The notes beneath the pieces were generated by a model. That model saw only the letters and a program-made list of their open reading frames with translations, ran no database searches and was not told the origin of the DNA. Source: Takakia lepidozioides (taxonomy: Eukaryota; Plantae; Bryophyta). Taken from it: a DNA stretch of 64,000 nucleotides. Location of the stretch: the NCBI GenBank assembly GCA_030704615.1, contig CM060731.1:4898001-4962000 (forward strand), read 5' to 3'. This document shows positions 24,681-38,207 of this stretch, piece by piece. The position numbers and the translations under genes were made by a program. The first letter of the stretch is position 1, and each line of letters begins with the position of its first letter.

Positions 24681-25240
24681 CTCGTGGATTATGGTACATC
24701 CATCTTTACTTCTGGATTCAAGATTTCTTCGTTCTATGTAAGCAATAGTCACAACTTTCTGTATTATCACAAGTTGTCTTAGTTGCAAGCTAGGGATGTT
24801 TGGGGTGTTACCCATCTTATGATGTAAAGCCTGTTGTGGATATTTTTTCCACAGCCCCTTCAGTAAGAGATACAGGCCCAATGCCTCCCTTCCATTTTTT
24901 AGATGTTATTTAATTTTTTTAAGGGAAACCTGGGAGCAACCGTTCCCTTTTGGCCTTTGTGGAGAAAAGCCAAGTTAAACAAAAGAAAAAACATACAATC
25001 CAACTTAGTTGAATGATACAGGCTAGCCTACTCAATGATTGCAACCTGGCAATAATATCTTTTACAAAAAACAAACTTGGGATAAACGCTGTGTTGAACT
25101 TAACCGCCCAAGCTGCAAGCCTGTAATATAAGCCACACCTGCAGTTCTTCTTGTCTAAAGGCCCAATATTCTTTCTGCATGCAAAGAAAACTATTATGAA
25201 GGGTCTCCGTTCCTTTAAAAGAAAGACAAAAACTGGCACA

Positions 25241-25479
25241 TCGGCTGGTAGCTCAGCTGGTAAGTGCACAGTATGTCGCCCTGGTGGTTCAGGGCTCAAA
25301 CCCACTGCCCCGCCTGGTGTGTGGCTTGTTCCTGACCGGTTGGTTTGGTGGTGATGTTTCCCTCCTGTGTGCCCAATGGCTTATCTGAAAGGGGGTTAAC
25401 TTTCCCCCTCCTCAAGGGCCTGAATTGTGAGCAGTCGCTGGGGCCAGGTTTCCTTTAAAAAAAAAAAAAAAAAAAAAAA
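25241..25479 (+). mobile_element. tRNA-derived SINE with poly(A) tail
   Basis: A box TAGCTCAGCTGG at 25249-25260, B-like GGCTCAAACC, 3' motif GGGCCTGAATTGTGAGCAGTCGCT..GGTTTCCT, and A23 at 25457-25479. Confidence 0.8.
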
Positions 25480-25914
25480 CTCTGTTACATCCTCAAGACC
25501 TGCTCATTTGTTGGCTCATCTTTATGCCAACGAGAGACTAGGTCAAAAATCGCTACGCCCCAGATGTGCCTTCCCCAGATGTCACCTCCTTCAATGATGA
25601 AAACTACTTCAATGATGTTGCCTTCTCCACGTAAGTTAAAGCACTGCCAAAAACTTTTGTTTATATTTATCGTGCTGCCCTCAGGTAACATCTATGTCAT
25701 TGAAGAACTTTTGAAAAATAAATGAATGAATTTTCAAGGTCATTATGGATTAAAGTGCATTACACTATGAGTCAGAAAGAGGAGCCATAAGCTACCAGCC
25801 GCTTGTTTGCTTTATATATTTCGAACGCTCCCCTAGCATAATAGCTCCAAGGTACCAGCCATGCTTTCCTTACACCTGGCAGAAAATTGTCTAGCGAAGG
25901 GTAGGCTGGTGGTT

Positions 25915-26750
25915 TCCGTGGACCTTCCTCCACACAGACCATTGGGAATGAGGGCCCTTCCCCTGTACATAGTTCTGCCCGAGTTCCTAATGGTCTCAAT
26001 GCATGAAGGGTCCAAAGGACCCGCCCTCATTCATTCCGGTCTCAAATGGAGGAAGTGCCCAGACAACCACCCTCCCCCTTTACATAGTACAGCCCGAGCT
26101 TCTAATTGTTTTTTTTTTCTGGCGAAAAATTGCCAGATGTAGTAGACCTGGAAAATGGGTCAGCTACTTGTACAAAGGAATTATGGGGGGGTAAAATTCG
26201 CAATTTGCCAAAAACTGCCAATAGTTGAATACCAGGAGCCTGATTTTGCCAAAGTGGACCCGTTAGAGCATGCCACCTCTTATATAGCCACTTTCTAAAC
26301 ACTGCCACCTCGTTATTCTTGCCACATGGGCACTGGGTAGAATTCACATGTGGTCCCTAAGGTGATTTTGGAAAAATGAAAGAAAAACACTGCTGTCCTT
26401 ATACATAGTAGGGCCAGAGTTTCAAATGGATGAAAGGTTGAGGAAACGACCCTTCCACTATACATAAATCTATGTACCATGTGTGAGGGAGAAGGTTGGG
26501 GTGTTGCAAGCATGGTCACACCTACTCCAATCATTATTAACAACACAAATAATGTTCAAGCTTGTAACTTTGCATCTTGGATGCGCCGCCCTCATTCCCA
26601 ATGGTCTCAAATGGAGGAAGGGCCGCAGGAACGACCCTTCCCCATACACAAACTTATGTACGGTGTGGAGAAAAGCATGGTCACACTTACTCCAATCATT
26701 ATTAACAACGGAGTGAATGTTCAAGCATATCAATTTGCATCTTGGATCCA
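25915..26750. repeat. Degenerate ~180-bp tandem/inverted repeat array interrupted by a MITE
   Basis: Direct repeats near 26443-26582 and 26629-26748. Inverted match between CCTTCCTCC..GACCATTGGGAATGAGGGC (25923-25955) and 26588-26621. Confidence 0.65.
26105..26392 (-). mobile_element. hAT-like MITE with a CAGTGTTTT end; related copy at about 52839-52990
   Basis: The reverse complement CAGTGTTTTTCTTTCATTTTTCCAAAATC..TGCCCATGTGGC.AGAA..AAAGTGGC.ATATAA.AGGTGGCA aligns by eye with 52840-52965. No TSD confirmed. Confidence 0.55.
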
Positions 26751-27351
26751 AATCACATTTCATTCTACTACACCGTAGTCTACACGGGACAAAGACATGC
26801 CCTCACAATAGGCTTGTATTTACCTTCCCACTCTATCAATCATGACATGTTTTCCATACTTGGATGTCATGTCAAGGTCAGTTTTTATGTGTTTGATGTT
26901 GTCCTGTTGTCAGTGGGACGTTCATATGCCATTCACTAGTTTATAGTCCATGGATGGCAGTTGACTATAATGACAATTACAGACAGGATTGACTGGTCTA
27001 GATGACTAGACCCAATTGTGGCGATTGAAAGCGAAGTGAAATCTGGTTACATATTAGGCTTTGGCCTGTCTGTTTGTCTGACAGGTGGATTCGCTGCTTA
27101 GTTTTCCACTCGCTCACTAAATTTTAGTGTGCCTCCCTTTTTCCAAACAAACCCATCAATAAAATGCTGGGATATAAAATGCTGGTAAGAAAAAAAAAGA
27201 AAAAACCAATCTTTGTCCTTTACTAGATTATGGGTGATGATAGTTTGGTGTTACCTGCGTGACTATACTGCCTATTTATACCCCCAATTGCCTACGCCAG
27301 CACATTGTGGTCACTGGTTAAAACAACCAACTTTTTCGATTTCTGAATTAT

Positions 27352-27580
27352 TTAGGAAAAAGGAAAACCCGGGAGCGACAGCTCACAAATCAGGCCCCTT
27401 AATTATAGTGAGAGGAGAAAATAACCTCTTTCACAGTAACCTCCCCCTGAAGGCTTTCGCATGGGACACCGCGCAATGGAAGGGGGAGAGGAACACACGA
27501 ACACACCACACCCTTCAAGGCAGCAGGATTTGACCCCAGAATCATCTCAGTGCACTAGGTATCCAACTGAGCTACTGACT
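27352..27580 (-). mobile_element. tRNA-derived SINE with the shared 3' tail
   Basis: Minus strand: A box TAGCTCAGTTGG, B-like GGGTCAAATCC, 3' GGGCCTGATTTGTGAGCTGTCGCT..GGGTTTTCCT. Confidence 0.72.
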
Positions 27581-27604
27581 GTTGGTTATTATTATTTATT
27601 AATG

Positions 27605-27992
27605 ACAAAAAGGATACGTGGTCACAATTCAGGCCCTTTACAGACTGCCCGGGGGGAACCCCTTTCATATAGGTAAGCCATGAAGCAGGAGATACAATCG
27701 CCCGACCTACAAAACCAGCAAAATTGTTATGACATTTATATAGAAAACCCACCAGTCGGTCATTCAGTTCGCCCCATAAAGCGCTAAGTTACCCCCCCCA
27801 ATCTGGTTGTGCTCCGCACCTCATGGCGAGGTTAACTATGAAAGAGGTTTTTCTGGAAGGAACTGTAAATTATAGTGTCTCTTCATTCCTACTTTCTGTT
27901 GGAAGGTGGACAAAAAGTACCACTTCGAACCCTAGATCAGCTAGGATAAGCACAGGCAAGCACAAGTACCCAACCACTGGTCAAATGGGCTC
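27605..27992 (-). mobile_element. Longer tRNA-SINE-like element with the shared 3' tail
   Basis: Minus strand: TGACCAGTGG, then GGTTCGAA, ending AAAGGGCCTGAATTGTGA. A tail-only plus-strand copy follows at about 28004-28050. Confidence 0.55.
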
Positions 27993-28152
27993 CTATCATT
28001 AGTAAAGGGCCGGATTTGTGAGCGGTCGCTCCGGTGTGTTTGCCTTTACATATATAAATAGAAAAATCTGACAGCCCTGGTCAGAATATCTATGTACAAA
28101 TGTTTTTCTATTTTTACAACCCTTGAGTCTGTCCCTGACTGCCCATCCCCTA

Positions 28153-28723
28153 CAGTCTGCCCTGCCCTGGATAAATATTACCTCTATAAACGTTACACTA
28201 CCATAAATGTTAAGAAAATTTTATTCACCCTACTTGTGCACACTAGCAAATGTTGAGTATTATTTGTTAACAAATGTTTACTCCTCTCTTCATTGATTTG
28301 CCTTCAATAAATGTTAAGTGCACCATAAAGGCTACGACGTGTGCTCAAGTTAGCTTGAGATAAGCTCCATAATTAAGTTCTAGATAAGTCAAGATAAGAT
28401 TACATCCTAAAATGGAACCAATCATGGTATTAGAAGGTAATCATAGGGTAATACTAACGTGATTAGAAGTAGAAGCAAATACAATACAACAAAAATATGT
28501 GTTAGTGTTTTTTAGACTTCAGATGGAGGTTGTTTTCGAGAGACATGATCGCCTATGTGCTAGTTGTACCTGCGTTGTAAATCATTGAGATTATGACTCC
28601 AACTACTGGAGTAAGAGAAGTGGATCCTTTATTACAACCTCCAAGTGTTAATGTGTTAACCTTGTCTACATGTTATTTGTTTTTTCTACTCCTGACCCGT
28701 TAACATTTATCCAGGTCAGACTG
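28153..28723. mobile_element. Tc1/mariner (pogo-like) MITE
   Basis: TIRs CAGTCTG(CCCTG)CCCTGGATAAATATTA and TAACATTTATCCAGGTCAGACTG. Flanks TA and CA (degenerate TA TSD). Internal TAAATGTT repeats. Confidence 0.65.
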
Positions 28724-29176
28724 CACTGAAGGGCACCCTTCTCCTTGTCACCCCTTCACCCCCTGGACTAACTTATTATTGACTCTCTTGTAGAGAGAGA
28801 CTTTGCGGAGACATGGAAGTCAATGGAGAAAATGTGGTCAAAGTACCTTACACGGTGTCAAGGCGTTGATTGGTATGTTGTGCTGAGTCATGCTCCCTAG
28901 TCTTACCTTCCCTTATGTTGGGCCAAAGCAAAGCAAGAGAGCCAATTGCCGTTTGAGGCTACTCTACAGCAAGTCTTTAGAATATCTTCAGCACATCCAG
29001 TCTAACCAGGCGGTCTCCAGTGACAGAGCGTTTACTCTGAGAGAGGGCCAAAGAAGTCCTACATCGTAATCTATGCTTGCAAATTGCCAGATTCCATGGA
29101 TTGAGATTCCAGTTGAAAAATTTGGGCTGCCGGCCCGGCACTATTTCTATTTTTTTAAGCACCCTCCACTACAATG

Positions 29177-29451
29177 CAGTGTTTTGTTTAAGAAATTTGG
29201 AAAACAGCACGAGTGCCTACAGAGTTTTGCAGTAAATAGCGGTATATTCTGTTCATCCACTAAATTCATCCACCTCTGTGCCATAATCCATTTATATCAT
29301 CCAAATTTACCGAATTCATCCATAATTTATGTTTTCATTCGTAGAAATTTGGCGATTTCATCCACAAAAGAACAGGGGATTTGCGACAGAATATTCCATT
29401 TTATTTTTTGAGGTCGAAATCTGCGAAAATTCGCCAATAAAAAAAACGCTG
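29177..29451. mobile_element. hAT MITE
   Basis: TIRs CAGTGTTTT and AAAACGCTG. Perfect 8-bp TSD CTACAATG at 29169-29176 and 29452-29459. Confidence 0.85.
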
Positions 29452-29940
29452 CTACAATGGAACTACAAGAAAACAACTAGAATAATGCTCAATAACATTT
29501 GTGCAAAGGTGGGTTATCTGCATGGGCATCCTCGGGAGGCAGTTTTGTTTTCCCGCAGTTTTGCCAATTGCTTGGCAGTTAGTATTCAGGGATGCTGGCA
29601 GAGCACTGGGTGATAACTGATATCTCTGAAGGACATATTTAAACATGATTTGCAAGAGAATCATGAGAACAAGTGTGCAGACTGACAGGGTTAGGGTACA
29701 GAGCAAGCCCTACCGGTGGTGATACAATGGAGGGTGACACACAGTGATTGCAACGACTTGCGTGTCACCATGTGTGTGTGGGCCCCATCATTCTTTCTCA
29801 TGCTCCAAACCATGCTCCGCCACCTGCTTCTACGGATGGATGAACCCTTCCCCCAAGATCAGATAGATGACATCCATTTCTGGACGTGGCACGAAAACAT
29901 ACAGATATTATATATATATTTTAAAACTTTTTATATACAG

Positions 29941-30010
29941 GAGCTGTGCCTGGGTGGTAAGCCATCCTGTACATTGGTCTTGCGGGTCTGCGGTTCAAAC
30001 CCCAGGCGAA
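29941..30010 (+). mobile_element. Degenerate tRNA-like / SINE head
   Basis: GGTGGTAAG D-loop-like motif and B box GGTTCAAACCC. No tail identified. Confidence 0.3.
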
Positions 30011-32343
30011 CTGTCTCTCTCTTCTGATGTTTCCTCGGAAACCGCAAAGAAAAGGATCCCCGTCGAAGGAGACGGAAAGTTTGGATGGACGGCTGAAGGA
30101 AGGATGGCGTGACGAGACGTCATCCAACAAGGACGGACGGCGTCAGCAAGCGCGTGCATTCATCGGGCAGAGAGGGGGGAGGGGGGGGGGGGTCCGGGTG
30201 AAGGGTCGGGGGCGGCGCTACCCGACTGCGCCTTCGGTCGAAGGGCGGCCGTTAAGAGGCGGTCGACATCGCCGGGCCAATGAGTCGACCCGGGGTGAGC
30301 AAAGAGACGGTGATTATTCACAACGTAAAACCTGCACCTGCCGTTCTCTCTCTCTCTCTCTCTCTCGCTCGCTCGCTCGCTGTCTGATCTCTTTGGCTCG
30401 CACGAAGATTATTTTGCTGTGACAAGGTACGCTACTAGGTTACTGCATGTCTTCTGCGGTCTCTGGATGCCTCTTTGGGTGCAGTTGTTTTCGTCTTTGT
30501 TGCTTCTGTTGCCGTCGTTTTGTTGAGGAGGCCAGATGAGGTCGGTTTGTCTTCTTTTGACCCTTACCTTGTGTATTGCTCTCTCCTGCTGCTTACCGTC
30601 TCTCTTATGCAGTGCGTTTGTGTATGGTCTAAGTTATTTGCCCTGTTTGCCCTCTCGTCACATGTGGGATTCGTTTTGCTCCTAGGGTCTTGTCCTGGAC
30701 TCGCCGCATTCTTAAGCTGTGATTGGCACTGCGTACAGAAGGGATCTGTGAAAAGAGCATAGTAAGGACCGCAAGTAAGAAACATTCTAAACGAAAGCTA
30801 TGTGAGGGAGAGTGTTTCCTGGCCAATTCCCAAGTCCGTCTCACGAACGTCCTGGAGCTGACTGGAAACGTTCGGGTTCTGATAGCCAGGCCTGTTAGGG
30901 TTCATTATCAAGAGGGCTTTAAGTCTGCGGATTCGAAACACAGACGTGGATGGGAACATCGCAGTGTTGGAGGTCTACCGAGAAGATTTGTTCGTTGGTC
31001 AGTCATGATTTTGTCACATATTTTCTATGTTTGAAGCATGAGTTGCTTGTGTCCAGCGATTCTGTTAGCTTGCCTCGTCTAAAACTCGTAAGTCTGTTTG
31101 TTTGGTTTTGGGTTTCTTTTCTCTTGTACTCGCTACAAGGTGCAACTCTCGCCAGCTTTTGTGTTTGGCCTCGCTTTGGTTTCGAGAGGTGAAGAGGTAT
31201 GTATTTTCACGATGACCCTCCGAGTGAAGAAGCCACATCTGCCATATTCAGAACAAATACTCGTCGTTTCTGTTTGCAGAGCCTTCTTGATCTCTTAACC
31301 ATATGTGTCTCGTAGATGATCTGAGACGTCTGATGCAAGTGAGAGATTAGGTTCCGGTCAGCAACGATGAAGTCATCGCTTGGTACTTTCTGACCGGAGG
31401 CCTTATATTCTTATAGCTTGTACTCCATTCACAGGAAGCATCAATTTCTACTATCTCAAGGCAATGCAGTGGCGTTCCTCTTGCCCTCTGGTCTTTCACT
31501 GAGTAGCTTGGAAGAATCTCCATGGGACAATCCAATCGATTTTAAGATGTGGGGCGGAGCCATGTGCTATCCTAGGGTTTGAACTCCTCATGACTGGTGA
31601 AGTCAATACCTTCTTTGTGACTACCTTGTGATCCAGGGGAAGAAGGAATTCTGAAGACAAGTGGTGATTCTGGACTACTCTTGCTCCAGTGTTAAGTATC
31701 CTGGGTAGTGAGTGTACCAGATATAGGCTTCCTGAAGACAACGCCACAGATAGCAAGACCCTGTTGATGTCCAATCACTCAGGCCTGAGACTATTACTAT
31801 GACTCTAGCAACAGGGCTACAGATGCTGGGTGTTTCTTCTCTGGCCATCCCTGTAGGCTTCGTTCAATCCTATATATGGCAGGGTTTGATTAGTGCTTAA
31901 TACCTTGACCTCTGTTTTTTATTTCATTTTGTTGTCCCTTCTCTCTGTCTCAATTGAGACGAACGATGGGTTACATGAACATAAATCCATAGAGCAGGAC
32001 GTGCTGAAGGAGAATTAGGGGGTGCCTATGCCCAATTTCATATCTCATCAGAAGCAACCATTTGTTGCAAATAAGCTTCAATATGACGCGGTGCAGTTAT
32101 TACGGCTTCTGTTGTGCCTCCTCTTTGTTTTCCTTAAAGCTTTTCTGCTCACGCGGAAGAAAATGTAGTTTCACTGGATTTGGAATGAGTTTATAGTCTG
32201 TCCTAACCATAACCTAAAGATGGTCAATGGGAAAGGTTAAACTAATTTTCCGGGATACTTAAGTTCGTCCTTTCTTTGTGCATGTTCTTGCAGGTAGAGA
32301 AGAGTGTCAATTGCTGTGATTGGACTCGGGAAATTCTTCAAAC

Positions 32344-32688
32344 ATGAGTCTCGCATGCCTGGCATGTACTGCCATGGAGGGATCTACAGACTCTTTCCGG
32401 AGGGAGAGCTCAGTCCAGACTCGCTCTCTCTCTGTTCACTCAGATGACAATGGTCCATGTGGGACTCTGACGAGCTGCTGGGCGAAACGGGCCCCATCAA
32501 CCCCAGCAGATTTAGCTAACGCATTGGGTGCCAGGGTTGCTCCTGTCTCTGATTCAGATCAGGCTCCCAGGCTGACACGGTGCTACGCCGTTCGCAGGGA
32601 CTGTAGCGTCTTCCGGGACTGGTCAGTTGAGCAGGTTGAAACTGCAGGAGGGCGACAGTTGTGCTTCAATCTCACTAGCAGAGCTTGA
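32344..32688 (+). CDS. Small conserved uncharacterised plant protein (MSLxCLxC...PRLxR..AVRRD..RDWS type), 114 aa; 5'UTR intron about 30427-32293
   Basis: Single-exon ORF MSLACLAC...PRLTRCYAVRRDCSVFRDWS after the acceptor TTGCAG at 32293. An upstream (CT)n UTR and donor AAG|GTACGC lie near 30427. Family recognised from memory only. Confidence 0.7.
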   Translation: MSLACLACTAMEGSTDSFRRESSVQTRSLSVHSDDNGPCGTLTSCWAKRAPSTPADLANALGARVAPVSDSDQAPRLTRCYAVRRDCSVFRDWSVEQVETAGGRQLCFNLTSRA

Positions 32689-35600
32689 CCATTCTGTATG
32701 TTTGTAGTGACTTAGTGGACACGTTGTATGGTATGACCTGGTCTCAGTTGGGGCTGTGATACCTTTCTCTGAGAGCCCTATTGCTTCTTTTAGTCTGCTG
32801 CAATACTTTCCTCAGAGAGTCCTACACCTCAATTTACAGTATTGCTATGTCATCCTTTGTGTCTGTCGCACCCGGATCCATTCACCCTGATTGATAAAGG
32901 TGCAACCAAGCCATAGGGAGTACGTGTGCCCCAGTGGAGTGGAAACTAGTGTGCCTTAGTCTTCACCTCAGAGGCTGGGCGTGCATAGACTACTTTTTGT
33001 CCGAGTGATGTCATGCGTATTTCAAGTTCCTGGTGTTTGCTCTCATTGGCAATGCTCTCTGGGATAGTGCATGGAGCCAAATTTTACAGGGATGTCCTCT
33101 CCAAGGGGATGTTTACACCAATGGTCGTGTTTGTCTAGGTTGAGATTGGAGGATCTGGCTGGAAGATAGGATCAATTAGGTAGGAATACCACTGAGCTGT
33201 CTCTTGCGACAGTATTTTGTACTATGATACATGTAAGTTATGTTTGCTTTTGTGGACCCCTTCCTCTACTTGGACCATGGATTGGAGTTTCTATGGTTGA
33301 GTCCTGGTTTGTCTGTAGCAGGGTTGTAAGAGTGTGGTTTTTGGAGGTCGGTTCATTGAGTGCTTTCCTCTTTCTGTTCGAATCAAGGCGTGTGAAAAGA
33401 AATCAAGGGTCTGGCATTCACGCCTTGTCAGCCTATCTAATAGCCAAAAATTCAATTCCAAAGCTCTAGAGCCCAGTGCTCTGGAAGGCTCTCCGCCCGT
33501 TTTCCATTGATTTCATCAAACTGCAGTGGTTGGTTGGCATGGGTTCACTCAATTTTTATTTCCCTTGGATTTTGACCTTTAATTTGTGAACAGTGCACAG
33601 GGCCATTCACTGTGTGAATTGGACTAGAACCAATGAGTATGTCTCCTATGCATCTGGCTGTAATCTTAGTTGATCAAGTATTTCAATACATTTGTCTCGA
33701 GTTGTGCGGCGATTTGGTGGTGAGCAGTGCGATTGTACATGGCCCATCTCTTACCAGTTCACCCACTAGGCGTAACTATGCCTGATTATGCCTATCTACC
33801 CTCAATTTGATTTGACATGATTCCAGGTGATCAGGAACTCCTATACAAATGGTGTTAGATGCTTTCACCTGTCAACGGGTGGTGATTTAGGCTGGGGTCC
33901 TCTACAGAAAGGCATGGTTGCTGCTCATGCACCTAAAACTGACTTGATTTCGACTTGCTGCTTTGTCCGCGTTCGGCTGGTCGGTGAACTCGTGGCTCCG
34001 GCGGGCATGGGGTATCTCCCGAAAGAATATGGGGAGGAGAGAGAGAAGCCACCGGTGGCCATTGTCACTGTTAACAAAAGAAAATTGCTTCCTCTGCTGA
34101 GTCTTTGAAGTTGAAAAGCCGAGTCACGGCGGACTGGGAATGTGAATCTTTTCACTCCGCTACAACCCTCAGGTGTAACACAATGAATAGGGGGCCAAGT
34201 TACAATGTTCTAACTACGATGAAGACTTCGGGTCATCTTCCAACAAAGAAACCTCAAAACTCATTAGCTTTAGTCTGAAAATTAAGGGCTATCTCTGTCA
34301 GCAGGGCGGTTGTCCGTGTTGCAGTACCGGTGGATTTGGCAAGGTGACGATTTGAGCTTCCATCCATACAATGACCACTCACCCACCTCCGCATATCCAA
34401 TAAGCCACCTTTTCAATGCTCCTCATGTTCCTCATTGGATGCCCCGTTCATCAATTGAAGCCTACTTGTTTTGCTGCTCCCTTATTTCTAGTTAGCCAAC
34501 GTTGCTTTGTAATCTTCTTGTACATCTTTAACGATACCCCTGTTCTTTCGCATCGGTTCCCCTCCATAACTCTGCGTATCCACTACGTTGCTACACTTCC
34601 CTGTTATTAGTCGAAATTCTCAGGAGACGCGCATTAAGCTCTCTTAGATTCAGGGGTGTCCTTTCTTTCTTTGTGGAGCGGTGGTGTACCTTCAGATGTG
34701 GAAGATTGAGTTTTGCTCATTGATGAAGCTAAATGGTCATCACAAGTTTCTATGTTGATGCAGCTCACCTCATCAATACTGGCCAACTACTTAAGTGTGG
34801 TGTCTGCAGATCATATCTCTAACCGTCATCAGCCAAGTCGTCCTCTTACTGCAATGTGCACCATCTCTTGTTAACTAGGTGAGATTAATTTGATTCCAAA
34901 TCACAATCTAAACTTTGTTCATGTCTAAGGCTTGATTCACTTGTAAGCCCTCTCATTCTTTTGAGGGGATTTGTTGTTGTGGTGCTCATCAACTTGCAAA
35001 TAGAGCATATCGACGCATTCTGGGCGTAAGAATCAAAGAAAATCCCTGGTTGGGGTACGAAAACAAAGTAGCTTGCAAACCCCAACTGTCCTAAAGGGTT
35101 GCTTCTATCCAATGGTTACCTGAACAAAAGTCGTAACTTAGGCCTTGTTTCACCTGGCTATGTGCAACGGAGCCTGGTAAGCCCTGAACCCACCGTAGTA
35201 CTCATAGAATTGTGTCCTGCACTGATCAATTGCCCACAATTGCAGACATCAAGCCTGCAAAGCGAAATCGTTTCCAAGTGCCAAGAATTGGATTGGAAGG
35301 TGTTGGGCAGGCCAGTTGCCCATACCTGGTAGCGTCACAAATTGTCGCCTATTGGGAAGCCCAATGCACTGCCATCCAGTCTAATCAATGTGGTGGGGCG
35401 GCTGTTCTATATTTTATATGTGTCTAGGTACACTCTATATCACACCCCAGGCAATTCACGATTATGCAGATCAGTGCAGTGGCTACTTAGTAAAATGTTG
35501 GAGCCCACCTCCCAATTTCATAGTGCTGTGTAAGTCTTAGATGTAAATCGCTGGAAAGGTTGTCAAGTGCATTTCACGGGTATGGCAGAACTGAGGTGGC

Positions 35601-36370
35601 TTCCAGGTTCCAGGCCTGCCACCATGTGACAATCTGGGGTGGCCCAGCCGTGACAGTAACCTATCAGTTTGTGTCTTGCGATTACATGCTGTGTACTCAC
35701 GAAGGTCCTCCATGCAGGTAACTCACTCTGCAAGTTTGGACGCAATAAACATCATTGAAGAAGAGCAGGTCTGGCGCCATGTGACGGCTTGGGTACAGCG
35801 CTGATTGAACTTGTGCGCCTCGGGTACTGTGCTGCGAGTCGTGGCGTATAGCCAACTATCGGAAGCAGTTTAGCCATCGACAAAGTTTTTATTAAAAAGG
35901 CTCGGATAGAGTACGTTTACCAAATTTCCGCAGATTAAATTTGGCGAGACTTGGCGAAACTCGAGAGCGCAGTGCGATTTCATGGCAGTGTGGTGTAGCG
36001 AGAGTCACGGTGTCTCGCCGTGCAGGAGTTGGAAGAAGCTCCAGTCGTTCAATTGCTTCTGATGCTCGCTGTTGAATCTGCATTCGTATTGGCACAAGGA
36101 ATCTAGATCCATTCCGTTTCGTTGCATCCTCGCTGCTTCCTTTCGATCGATCTGTTCTCTCCTTTTGCATTTTCGGTGAAGCTCAATCAACGTTATCGAT
36201 TTGCATTATTGTGTCTTACATTTGCTTCCTCTAAGGCTGTCCCAATTTATACTGTTTCCCCTCTCCTTTTACCTGTTGATTGACACGGACTTGAATCACT
36301 CCCTCTCTGGTATTATTGAATTGCAATTCCGTCCATTTCTGTTTAGATTATATGCTGTTATAAGCTTCTG

Positions 36371-36373
<3 letters not shown>

Positions 36374-36413
<40 letters not shown>
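36374..36413. repeat. (CT)n microsatellite with no element inserted
   Basis: About 20 CT units, probably in the IQD 5' UTR or first intron. Confidence 0.95.
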
Positions 36414-36416
<3 letters not shown>

Positions 36417-38207
36417 AAGGCATTCCATTTCCATTCGAGGAACCTCTTTGAGGTGGAAACATTGTGGCAGCAGATGGCCGATGAAAATAGGAGCATGAGC
36501 CGCAACGGATGACAAGCACGACAAGGCATCTTGATCTTCTCTTAAATGTATGTTCTCCAGCTCTGTTGTTTCCAGTTTATCGTCTCAGATAGCCATCAGC
36601 TGTCACTGAATGAAAACACCTGACTTCCTCCCACTTCTCTACTCTCTACATTCTCGGCTGTGTCTCCTTTCTGTTTTGTCTGCCTTCCTTTCCCATGCAG
36701 ACACACCGAACATACTGCATTGAGCCGATTCGTCGAAGTCCGACATTATCATATAGCACCTGGTGGCATAGGTGGCCGCCTCGCAACGTGCGCTTATACC
36801 GCAGTCCTATGCTTTCCATTGTTGATGGCCTGCATTCACAGGAGAGTAACTAGGTGATGAGCAGGGTAGATTGGTTTACTTAATGTAAGGGGTGGAATGC
36901 TACTTTCATGTAGCTGAAGGAGAGAGAAAGAGAGAGACTATGGTTGGAGTGGCATAATTCAATCTGCCGGCATTGTTATCAAAGGTCAGACATTCAATCT
37001 ATGAAAGGAGAAAAGATTCTATGGAGGGAGGCCTGCAGGAATGCAAGGATATTGACTCCAGCCACACTGGTCGCACTGGCTTTTAAAGAAGTATATTGTG
37101 ATAAAATCACGGGCCATATTGTTCACTCTTCTACCGTTGCGCGTTTTGTTAAACAAAATGTGCGGTGATATGATAAGCTACATTGTATGTATAGATTGGA
37201 CCTCTGTAAGACTTTTATGTAAACGTGGGATCTGATTTAGCGTTCCCTCCATTGTCATTTGACGTCGAGTATACGATATGTACCGCTCAATTGTTTCGAG
37301 ATGTCATTCTCTTCAACGGGACAATTCAAAGAAGTGCCTGACAAAATCCGTGAGCATTATGTCACACAGCTATCTCCACTTTTTCATTGGAAGATGCAGA
37401 CGTGGTTACCTCATGAAGAGGCAATTGATAGACTTAATCCAAGCTTCACATGACCTGTCTCAATTGTCAGGGTAGCTAGCTCCAGTGGAGGCTTGGCTCG
37501 GTTTGCAAAATAGCTTCATTTATTGCACATCAGATGGAATTGATTTCTCGAGGAGAAAGATTAACAATATAAGTACTCTCTGGTTGTGTGATGGAAATGG
37601 TGGTAGTTGTAAATGTGTGATAGTCTTACCCTGGAAGCTTTCTTCAATGTGTTAGCTGCGATAATGAAGTCATTTTGGCACCGCATCCCAGCAAGACTGA
37701 TCTGCTATTTGTTGTTTGACACCCAGTCTTGTAGAGACCAAACTTGCAAGCACAGATATAGATTGAATCTTAGGCAAGATGCCTGGAGTTGAAGGGATTG
37801 CTCAGAATTTTGTGGTGCCGGGATACAGAGACCTCCATAATCAGTTGAGCAACTACAGGCTGGAGCTGATGGTTGGATAAGTGCCCTCCTCCCTGAACTG
37901 CTGTCAAAGCAGTATTTTTGTCAGTCATCGTTTTACCTTGTATTGCATTGGCATGGAGGAGGACAGGGTGTGGCAGTTTGACAGAGCCACAACAAACAAA
38001 CAAACAATAGGAATGAGAACAAGTGTGGTGGTATGGTTTCTAATCTCTGTGAAGGGAAGGTCCATGTAGCTCGAAATGCAACATCCCAAGAGCCCTACAA
38101 GATCTTGGGCACCAGAATGGTGAGTAACTTTAACTTGACCTGAGGTGGACTAATGGCTGTGTGTGTATACAGGTAAGGGTGAAGGCTGGAGGCACACACA
38201 AGTTACC

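Noticed and set aside
30475-37475. Numerous 60-130 aa ORFs in the track
   Set aside because: Apart from 32344-32688 they show no recognisable motifs or consistent splice phases, and are treated as chance ORFs in UTR, intron or intergenic DNA.
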